NCBI GenBank assembly: GCA_043813605.1
Contig: JBDRKX010000070.1
Coordinates: 1 to 27,132, forward strand
Length of the DNA: 27,132 nucleotides
Reading direction: 5' to 3'
DNA from: Elusimicrobiota bacterium
GTDB lineage: Bacteria; CG03; SLGR01; JBDRKX01
Position 1 is the first letter of the stretch, and each line of letters begins with the position of its first letter. The notes below the pieces were generated by a model that saw nothing but the letters and a program-made list of their open reading frames with translations, had not been told where the DNA came from and ran no database searches. Made by a program: the position numbers and the translations under genes. Positions 9,168 through 17,063 of this stretch are shown here, in pieces.

Positions 9168-10610
9168 ATGCTTGAAAAACCCGTAAAACTGATATTCCCT
9201 CCAAGATATGATTATCCAAGATCACCCTACCGTCAAAAGTGCTGGCATAATCCATTTTCAAAAGGCGAAAATAACCAAGAAAGAACCTTACCTTTGGGAA
9301 TGACTGTAGTGTATTCGTTCCTAAAAAAACAGGGAGTACAACTTTCCCAGACCGATATGAATGAGATAATACACAGTTATAACAAATCCTCCAAGACCAA
9401 GTTGAATTTTCAAGGATTTTATGGAGACATTGTAAAAATCAAAGACAGAAGGGTTTTCATAAAAATATTTAAAAAACCGGCGCATATCCGCCTGGCTGAT
9501 AAAGCAATATCGCTGTTGGATCTGGATGAGAACCATATTGTGGGATTCTCTATTGTATCAAAAATGGAGCTATATTCTAGTATCCTACTATCCAATAGAA
9601 TAAAAAAATTATACAAAAACATTAAGATAGTTTTTGGCGGCCCGCTCATTAATAGCATTGATCATAAATTTCTTTATCAGTTCAGGGCTATAGACTACAT
9701 GATATCAGGCGCCGGAGAAGTACCTTTCTTTAAGCTTCTTGAGTATCTTCGTGAGAGTAGGGGCAGGCTGGATGATATTCCAGGTTTGACATACAGAAAG
9801 GATGCTGCCGTAAAGAGAATACCGGCGGGATACTGGCCTATCGACGACCAGTGTGCGCCAGATCTTGAAGGACTTAACTTTGAATATTACCAGGTAAGAA
9901 AAGAAAGAAAACGGATATCATACAGTCTAAGTTTTGGCTGTTTTCGCAGTTGTTCCTTTTGCGGGCACCAAAAATTATTTACCAGAAAATATCAGACCAA
10001 AAATATAAAAAAAGTTATTTATGAATTAGAATGGCTTTCAAATAAATACAACACTAATATGTACAATTTTTGTTCTTCCTGCATTGACAGAAAATATTTG
10101 AACCTTCTGTGTGATAGTCTTATCGATAGAAATTTGAATATTAAGTGGAATATGAGTATTAATCCAGCTGATATTGACAGCATTCTCTTAGAGAAAATGT
10201 ATCGGTCAGGATGTCGTGACATAGAAATGGGTATTGAATCGGGAAGTGACAAAGTGTTGTCTATGATGGGTAAGGGATTTAAGATAGGGCATGCGAATAA
10301 TATGATAAAACGTGCCAGTAATATGGGTATTAATATTATTGTCCATATACTGGTGGGATATCCATATGAAACCCGCTGTAATTTCCAGGATACGCTTAAT
10401 TTTATCAAATCGAACAGGAATTACGTGAAAGACTATATTCTGTATCGGTTTTGTCTGCTTTCTGCTTCACCTATGTACTGTTCTCCGGCAAAATACCGTA
10501 TTAAAATACTTGATCCAGTAGACATATTTAGAAACATGTATATGTTCGATGAGATTCGTGGATTGAAGTACCCGGCAAAAAAAAATACAGCAAAAATACA
10601 GATATATTAA
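9168..10610 (+). CDS. Cobalamin-binding radical SAM protein; C-terminus possibly frameshifted at an A9 tract (would extend to 10737)
   Basis: LIFPP, PLGMTVVYSFLK, VGFSI, IVFGGP, GAGEVP, SFGCFRSCSFC, GIESGSDKVL..MGKG and VGYPYET. Confidence 0.87.
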   Translation: MLEKPVKLIFPPRYDYPRSPYRQKCWHNPFSKGENNQERTLPLGMTVVYSFLKKQGVQLSQTDMNEIIHSYNKSSKTKLNFQGFYGDIVKIKDRRVFIKIFKKPAHIRLADKAISLLDLDENHIVGFSIVSKMELYSSILLSNRIKKLYKNIKIVFGGPLINSIDHKFLYQFRAIDYMISGAGEVPFFKLLEYLRESRGRLDDIPGLTYRKDAAVKRIPAGYWPIDDQCAPDLEGLNFEYYQVRKERKRISYSLSFGCFRSCSFCGHQKLFTRKYQTKNIKKVIYELEWLSNKYNTNMYNFCSSCIDRKYLNLLCDSLIDRNLNIKWNMSINPADIDSILLEKMYRSGCRDIEMGIESGSDKVLSMMGKGFKIGHANNMIKRASNMGINIIVHILVGYPYETRCNFQDTLNFIKSNRNYVKDYILYRFCLLSASPMYCSPAKYRIKILDPVDIFRNMYMFDEIRGLKYPAKKNTAKIQIY

Positions 10611-10937
10611 AGCAAAAGAGACTATTTTGCTAAGTTTGTTATTGAAAAAGGTTCATAAAAATAGGAAAAAATCGAGAACCGCTGTTAAATACCTGATTAC
10701 ACTGCTATACAGGATATATCTCCATTTTCGTGGCTGATTATCCACGAAAGAACAACAGATCCTTGGTCCCTTCTTTTGTTCTGCGAATAGGAAGAAGTAA
10801 TTACACTGTAAAATCCGGGCTGTTATATTTTGTGAAAGCGATGCAGTTTGTAGCCGGTTTTTAGTATCACCGGGACTTTGCCGCTGTGCCGCTATAGGCT
10901 TTTATTTAAAAATTGAATACAGCGAAAATTCTTCTTA

Positions 10938-10966
10938 TTGACTATCTCTGTAAATCTCTATATACT
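10938..10966 (+). promoter_or_regulatory. Sigma70-type promoter upstream of the decarboxylase gene
   Basis: TTGACT (10938-10943), 17-bp spacer, TATACT (10961-10966), about 105 bp upstream of ATG 11071. Confidence 0.65.
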
Positions 10967-11070
10967 AAATATTATAATTTATGGCCTAAAATTATAATTT
11001 GTTGCGGGGCAAAAAACACGGTAGCAGGTTGTTGAACAAATGCTGAAAATTTATATTTCAGCTTATTATT

Positions 11071-12363
11071 ATGGGAAAAAAAGTATCCCGGCAAAACGAT
11101 AAAATAAAATATAGCGAACTGTCAAGTTTTAACACTCCCTTTTATTTATATGACTTTGACAAAGTCGAACGCAACATATCAAAACTCAAAAATAACTTTG
11201 ATCCTGATGATTTAAGAATATTCTATTCGGTTAAAACGAACGATCACCCGGTATTGCTGAAATTTTTAAAAGAAAAGGGTCTTTATGCTGAAGTGGTATC
11301 GGGATTGGAACTGGAATTAGCCCGAAATACGGGATTTGAAAAGATCCTGTTCAACGGCCCGGCAAAGACTTCCGATGAACTAAGGCAGGCTACGGAGGGG
11401 GGGGGCACAACAGTAATAATTGATAATCTGAGTGAATTTACCAGATTGCAGAAATTTGCGAATGCCGGAACAGAAATAGGATTGAGGCTTGATCTATCGG
11501 GCGTTGGGTATCATAAGTTCGGGATGAATAAAAAGGATTTAATGAAAGCGCTGGATATGGTATCGGAAGATAAAAAGCTGGTGCTGGCCGGGCTGCATTT
11601 CCACGCGGGCAGTTTTATTCAGCATGCGAGATACTACAGGCATATATTCAATAATCTGATGTCGCTTATGGAAGAAGTACCGCCGCATTACTTTGATAAC
11701 CTGGAGTTTCTTGATATCGGCGGTGGTATTCCCTGTGAAAATAAAGTCAAAAGAAGTTTCATGGAAAGAGCCCTGGAGAATTATTCTTATAAGTACCATT
11801 TTATTGATAGATGGCTATTGAAGAAAGAGCGGCAGTATGTACGAAGGGCAGAAAGTTTTAAGACAGATAATTATCTGGAGGAATACGCAGTCATCGTTAA
11901 TGATAATATCAAGAAACTTCAAGAACTGTTGAAAAAGAATATCTCATTGTATATGGAGCCCGGGACGGCCATTGTCGGTGACGCGGTAGAAGTCTATTCG
12001 GAAGTAGTCACAAAGAAACATAACAAGATACTGATCGATGTGAGCAGAGATATAGAAAGAGGGCGAAATTGTTACTGGCATCCCGTATATAATATTACTA
12101 ATCCTTCTGAAGATGTACAGACCGAATATATCTTCGGTCCTGTATGCGCGCCTGATGATATGTTCACAAGATGTTATGTCGGGCAGCGGCTTGAGGAAGG
12201 AGATCGTGTCAAGATATGCGGTATGGGCGCATATTCTTTTTCATATCACTCTTCTTTTACACAGCCCCAACCGGCTGTTGTAGTAAAAAAACGGGATTCT
12301 ATAGAAAAAGTAACAGATATAGAAACATTTAGTGATAAGTATAGGCGTAATACCGTTAACTGA
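11071..12363 (+). CDS. Fold-type III PLP-dependent decarboxylase (diaminopimelate/ornithine decarboxylase family), probably pathway-specific rather than housekeeping LysA
   Basis: TPFYLYD, FYSVKTN (PLP lysine), AEVVSGLEL, FNGPAK, KFG, GLHFHAGS, LDIGGG, EPG, GPVC..DD and GAY. Confidence 0.88.
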   Translation: MGKKVSRQNDKIKYSELSSFNTPFYLYDFDKVERNISKLKNNFDPDDLRIFYSVKTNDHPVLLKFLKEKGLYAEVVSGLELELARNTGFEKILFNGPAKTSDELRQATEGGGTTVIIDNLSEFTRLQKFANAGTEIGLRLDLSGVGYHKFGMNKKDLMKALDMVSEDKKLVLAGLHFHAGSFIQHARYYRHIFNNLMSLMEEVPPHYFDNLEFLDIGGGIPCENKVKRSFMERALENYSYKYHFIDRWLLKKERQYVRRAESFKTDNYLEEYAVIVNDNIKKLQELLKKNISLYMEPGTAIVGDAVEVYSEVVTKKHNKILIDVSRDIERGRNCYWHPVYNITNPSEDVQTEYIFGPVCAPDDMFTRCYVGQRLEEGDRVKICGMGAYSFSYHSSFTQPQPAVVVKKRDSIEKVTDIETFSDKYRRNTVN

Positions 12364-12515
12364 ATCCGAATTATAATGCTGCCTGAATTGTCTGTATCGT
12401 GCTACGGTACGGTTAGGAATAGATTCTCAAATAAAATAGGATATTAATGTGTTTCTTTATGCTTGTAGCTTGAACGGAAAAATAATATCATAAAATAATC
12501 AGTTTTATTAAAACA

Positions 12516-13922
12516 ATGATATCTGAAAAAAAAGAAAGAAAACCAGGAAAAATACCGATATTATCATTTCCAGCCTGGATCCTGGACGCGTGCCCCAAAA
12601 TATGTGTAAATGTAATTGAGCCTTTAAGATATGGGATGAAACGTAAAAAATACGAAGATTTTGTAAAAAAATCGCAATGGTGGTCACAAGAAGAACTCGA
12701 AAAGTACCAGATGGGAAGACTGAAAGCTCTTTTGAACCATGTATATCAAAATGTGCCGTATTATAAGGAATTGTTTCAACAAAGAGCATTAGTACCCGAT
12801 GATTTTCAGTCTATAAGTGATCTTGAGAAGATCCCGATACTTACAAGAGCAGATGTCTCAAATAATTTTAGTAAGCTTATAGCGACAAATTTTAAAAAAA
12901 GGGCCCTGCGTAGAAGAAAAGAAAAAATACATACCAGCGGTTCAACGGGAACTCCCATGTGCTATTACCGTGATAAATATTTCAGGTATATGGAGTATGC
13001 ACTTTTCAGACAAGGTTTTGAATGGGCGGAAATTGCTATGGGGAAGCGGATCCTGAGGTTGACGGCAAGGCCGTTTCTCTATGAGAAATTCAAGGGAACT
13101 GCGAAATATGAGCTCTATTGGAACCGGTTGTCGCTTTCGATAATTGATCTGGAAGAAAACATCATGGATGAATATTTGGATCTGATAAAGAAGTTCAAGC
13201 CGGAATCTGTGCGGGGAGCTCCTTCGGCGCTATATGCGCTGGCGCTATATGCTCAGAGTATCGGAAGGAATGATATCAGTTTTAAAGCTTATTTTGTATG
13301 GTGTGAGAATATCTACGATTATCAAAAAAAAGTAATTGAGAAACAGTTTAATTGTCGAATATATAATTTCTACGCTTCGGAAGAGTATCTCGTTTATGCA
13401 ATGGGCTGCGGGAACCAGGAGGGATCGCATATCGAGATAAGGAAAGGTGTCATGGAAGTTGTTGATGACTATGGAAAACAATTGCCTGCCGGGAAATCAG
13501 GAAGACTGGTGTTAACCGGATTCAATAATTATATAATGCCTTTGATAAGGTATGATATAGGCGATATCGGTCAGATAGCAGAAGCACAATGCTCTTGCGG
13601 CCGCGGATTACCTTTGTTGAAAACTGTATACGGAAGAAGAAGCGAACATGTGGATATCGGAGGGAAATATATATCACCTGCTGCATTATCAGTAGTAGTC
13701 GAACGTGTAGAGAATATTAAGGAATGTCAATTTATTTTTGAGGGAAAAAACAATATGGAAGTAATTGTAGTAGCAAAAGAGGATTATTCTGAAGAAGATA
13801 CAGAAACAGTTATACAACTCTTAAAAAAAGTTACTGCAGAGAGAATAGAAGTAAATGTGAATATTGTAGAGAAAATACCAAGAACCGAAGGCGGCAAGTA
13901 CCAGTTAGTAGTTATTAAATAA
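12516..13922 (+). CDS. Phenylacetate-CoA ligase family (PaaK/CapK-like) adenylate-forming enzyme
   Basis: NVPYYKELF, IPILTR, TSGSTGTP, YASEE, MPLIRYDIGD, CSCGRGLP, GR and IPRTEGGKY. Confidence 0.9.
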   Translation: MISEKKERKPGKIPILSFPAWILDACPKICVNVIEPLRYGMKRKKYEDFVKKSQWWSQEELEKYQMGRLKALLNHVYQNVPYYKELFQQRALVPDDFQSISDLEKIPILTRADVSNNFSKLIATNFKKRALRRRKEKIHTSGSTGTPMCYYRDKYFRYMEYALFRQGFEWAEIAMGKRILRLTARPFLYEKFKGTAKYELYWNRLSLSIIDLEENIMDEYLDLIKKFKPESVRGAPSALYALALYAQSIGRNDISFKAYFVWCENIYDYQKKVIEKQFNCRIYNFYASEEYLVYAMGCGNQEGSHIEIRKGVMEVVDDYGKQLPAGKSGRLVLTGFNNYIMPLIRYDIGDIGQIAEAQCSCGRGLPLLKTVYGRRSEHVDIGGKYISPAALSVVVERVENIKECQFIFEGKNNMEVIVVAKEDYSEEDTETVIQLLKKVTAERIEVNVNIVEKIPRTEGGKYQLVVIK

Positions 13923-13926
13923 AAAT

Positions 13927-15102
13927 ATGAAAATATTGAAAGAAAAAACAAAAAGTATCTGTCCTGAATGTTTCGGCGAGATCGAAGGGAGAGTGCTGGA
14001 AAAGGATAATTCGGTATACCTGGAAAAAGAATGCCGTGTGCATGGCAAATTCAGTATAGTGGTCGAAAAAAATCCGGATTTTTATATGAAAGTAATGAAT
14101 CCGGATTACACTGAAGACAGAGTTTCCTATACAAAACTCGCGTTGCCTGTGACATACCGATGCAATATGCGGTGCCCTATGTGTTACGAGCCTGACAGGA
14201 GTATGGAAGATCCGCCGATCGATTATCTTCTGGGCGTTATCAGCGAATTCAGCGGGGAACTGGTTAAATTGACGGGGGGAGAACCCACACTGAGAGAGGA
14301 TCTGCCTGTTCTGATAAAGGCTGTAAAAGAGAAAGGCATGCGATGCTCACTTGTGACAAACGGATTAAAACTGGCAGACTACAAGTATGTCAAGACATTA
14401 AAACTTGCCGGTCTGGAAAATGTAGCCCTGTCATTCAGCAGTTTAAATGATGAGATATACAAACAGATCAGAGGCCAGGAACTCCTGAAAATAAAACTTC
14501 AAGCATTAAAGAATCTTAAAAAAGTGGGAATAGGTGTAGCATTATCAATGACATTAGTAAGGGGTATCAATGAAAGAGAACTGAAGAAGATCTATGAATA
14601 CTATCTGTATAATAGATCATTTGTGAGATTGCTGCGTTTGAGAAGCATGAGTTGTGTCGGCAGGTTTATTGATACCGCGCCTTTCAGTGTGTTTGAGATC
14701 ATTCATCTTCTGTCTGATGCCAGCGGATTTACAGAAGAAGAACTCATGGAAAGCAATAGTGGATCGTCGGGGGACGATCATGCTGCCTGCAGGTTTGATG
14801 TGAGCGCTTATGGTGCCTTCTGTTCAAGGATAACAAAAGGTGGCGATAGTAAAAATATATTGTCTATGTCCCGGGCTTTGATAAAGAGTTTTCGGGTTTG
14901 CGGATTTAAACAAACATGGTCATATTTATACGGCTGTATATGGAAACCGGAATACTGGTGTATTACTATAAGAAGCTGGCCGGACAAAAACAGGCTGGAC
15001 CTGGGTGAGATCAAGCGGTGTCCTACGGCGGTACTTACAAAAGAAGGAAAACTCGCTCCTTTCTGTGAAACAATAATCAGGGGAGATACTAAATGCCTGT
15101 AA
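13927..15102 (+). CDS. Radical SAM protein with an N-terminal CxxC...CxxH metal ribbon, Tes/GDGT-MAS (MJ0619)-like family
   Basis: TKSICPEC...VYLEKECRVHG, VTYRCNMRCPMCY, LTGGEPTLR and TNG. C-terminal LDLGEIKRC....TKEGKLAPFC. Lies 4 nt after the ligase stop. Confidence 0.8.
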   Translation: MKILKEKTKSICPECFGEIEGRVLEKDNSVYLEKECRVHGKFSIVVEKNPDFYMKVMNPDYTEDRVSYTKLALPVTYRCNMRCPMCYEPDRSMEDPPIDYLLGVISEFSGELVKLTGGEPTLREDLPVLIKAVKEKGMRCSLVTNGLKLADYKYVKTLKLAGLENVALSFSSLNDEIYKQIRGQELLKIKLQALKNLKKVGIGVALSMTLVRGINERELKKIYEYYLYNRSFVRLLRLRSMSCVGRFIDTAPFSVFEIIHLLSDASGFTEEELMESNSGSSGDDHAACRFDVSAYGAFCSRITKGGDSKNILSMSRALIKSFRVCGFKQTWSYLYGCIWKPEYWCITIRSWPDKNRLDLGEIKRCPTAVLTKEGKLAPFCETIIRGDTKCL

Positions 15103-15132
15103 AGACTTTACAGGCAGGGCAAAACTGCCTTT
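15094..15132 (+). terminator. Inverted repeats closing the radical SAM block (possible terminator or binding site)
   Basis: Perfect palindrome TGCCTGTAAAG-A-CTTTACAGGCA (15094-15116) overlaps the stop codon. An alternative hairpin GGCAG-GGCAAAA-CTGCC (15113-15129) is followed by a short T run. Confidence 0.5.
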
Positions 15133-15288
15133 AAGCGTCTTTAACTCCAGTATTCCACTCTTGTATCAGTTTAAACTGCCTTCCATCATTAATCACAATT
15201 TTAGAGTCAGTTTTTAATGCTGTTGAAATTTAGTTAAAATAAGGTTAAACTTGAGTAAAAGAAAAGCAGATATTGAGATAACATATTA

Positions 15289-16869
15289 ATGGAACTTTTA
15301 CGCGAAACACAGAAAAGAATAAATGTTCTGCTCGCAGATGGCGGCGGAATTGTAAGTATACCGAATAATATAATTGGTATCTTGCGTGAAATAACCGGAG
15401 CAAGAATCGTTCTCTTACTCGATAGAGATAAATCCAATGTCGTTCGGATCCGCATATTTTGTGCCGATATACCCATTAAGCAGCAGTCGGATCTAAGAGA
15501 GCGGCTGGAAGCAATGGAAATCCCTCTTACAGAATCAGGGTTTGGGAAGATATCAGAATCAGGGAAGGATCCTGAAATAGAAAATGACCCGGATCTCGAA
15601 TCTGCCTACAGGAAGATGATAAAAGAAGTACTGGGCGGAGTTGACACTATTATCAACGTACCTGTTAAATTAGGAGACAGGTCAGTAGGGCTGGTAGAGT
15701 TTTATAATCCTGATACTGCTGTATGGGATGAAGTATGTGATACTGTTATGACAGTGTGCCTTCAAATGGCTGCAATCATTGAAAGATTCACAAATGAAAC
15801 AAAGATCAGAGAGAGGATAGGGGCTCTAAAGCAATTAGCCACAATAAATGAGGCAATAACAGCGCCGTACCAGATAGAAGTAGCTATAGATGTACTTTTA
15901 AAGAGTTCAAAGAGGTTCTTTCAGGCATACGGAAGTTCAATGCTGGTAAGGGATGACGAAGGCCGGACTATATTTGTTTCAGTTGCAGGAGAACAGTCCT
16001 CTGTTATACGGGGGAAGGAACTTGTCAGGGGTGAAGGCATAGTCGGATGGGTTATGAGCGGCGGCGGCCCGGTGCTTATAGAAGACGTTTCTAAAGACGA
16101 CAGGTTTTCACCGAGGATCGATGCTATTACGGAAATACAGACAGGATCTATTATTTGTGCTCCGCTTAAGATACTCAATGAGATTGTGGGTGCCCTGGAG
16201 ATAATAAGGACAAAGGGAGGGCTCCCTTTTACTCAGGAAGACCTCGAAGTCCTGGTCATCCTTTCATCTTATGCATCCATGGCGCTGTATAAAGAACGCA
16301 ATTTTACAAGAAAAGAAAAATGGTTTAAATCGACAATAAACCTGTTGAGTGAGATAATAAAGGTCAAAGACAGACTGTTCCCGGAGAACAGGGAGATGAT
16401 AAAGAAATATGTCGTGCTTTTCGGATTAAGGCTGGATTTGAGTCCTGAAGAGATGAAAAAACTGGATATAGCCGCCGCTGTGAAAGATATAGGAAAAATA
16501 GTTATACCTGAAGAGATTCTCTCCAAGAAGAGTGAATTAACCGAAGAAGAATGGCAGAAGGTTATGGGGCATCCGCTTGTAATAGTCGATATACTGAAAA
16601 ATATTGATGAATTCAAAGATATTATACCGATAATAAAATACCATCATGAGCGCTATGACGGCAGCGGATATCCTGATGGGCTCGAGGGTGACAATATACC
16701 GAAGCTTGCAAGGATCTTTTCTATTGCCGACGCATATTCAGCGATGCTGACAAGCCGGCCTTACAGGAAGCCTTTCACCAGGGAAGAGGCAAAAAGAATA
16801 GTGTCGGAGCAAAAGGGCAGACAGTTTGATCCGGCATTGGTTGATGAGTTCATAAAAGCGATTGATTGA
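15289..16869 (+). CDS. GAF-domain / HD-GYP protein with a degenerate HD motif
   Basis: Two GAF-like regions (GEGIVGWV...PVLIEDV.KD.RF, SIICAPL, FTQEDLEVL). C-terminal KDIGK..IPEEIL.K...LTEEEW, HP, HHERYDGSGYPDGL, ARIFSIADAYSAM...RPYR and QFDP. Confidence 0.9.
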   Translation: MELLRETQKRINVLLADGGGIVSIPNNIIGILREITGARIVLLLDRDKSNVVRIRIFCADIPIKQQSDLRERLEAMEIPLTESGFGKISESGKDPEIENDPDLESAYRKMIKEVLGGVDTIINVPVKLGDRSVGLVEFYNPDTAVWDEVCDTVMTVCLQMAAIIERFTNETKIRERIGALKQLATINEAITAPYQIEVAIDVLLKSSKRFFQAYGSSMLVRDDEGRTIFVSVAGEQSSVIRGKELVRGEGIVGWVMSGGGPVLIEDVSKDDRFSPRIDAITEIQTGSIICAPLKILNEIVGALEIIRTKGGLPFTQEDLEVLVILSSYASMALYKERNFTRKEKWFKSTINLLSEIIKVKDRLFPENREMIKKYVVLFGLRLDLSPEEMKKLDIAAAVKDIGKIVIPEEILSKKSELTEEEWQKVMGHPLVIVDILKNIDEFKDIIPIIKYHHERYDGSGYPDGLEGDNIPKLARIFSIADAYSAMLTSRPYRKPFTREEAKRIVSEQKGRQFDPALVDEFIKAID

Positions 16870-17009
16870 CATAGTTCTTCTAAGCATAAACCATATCAAT
16901 AATAGTATTAATTGTACGAGTAATCTCAATTGTCCATCCATAATATAATATAAACATTATCTGTTTAAATTTAGAGTTAATATATTATAATGATTAATTT
17001 TCTTGATAA

Positions 17010-17026
17010 TTGGCATAAAATCTGTT
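17010..17026 (+). promoter_or_regulatory. Possible sigma54-like (-24/-12) element upstream of pilM
   Basis: TTGGCATAAAATCTGTT is GG-N10-GT, deviating from the invariant GC at -12. It lies in an AT-rich intergenic region about 40 bp before the pilM start. Confidence 0.25.
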
Positions 17027-17063
17027 AACATCTATTAATAAATTTAAAAGGAGGCGTCTGCCC

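Noticed and set aside
11071..13922. Assigning lysA and paaK
   Set aside because: Family membership is clear but substrate specificity is not. There are no lysine or phenylacetate pathway neighbours.
15251..15289. Short TTG-initiated frame (MSKRKADIEITY) ending at the HD-GYP start, possibly a frameshifted N-terminus
   Set aside because: Only 12 codons, with no homopolymer or homology evidence. It cannot be distinguished from chance.
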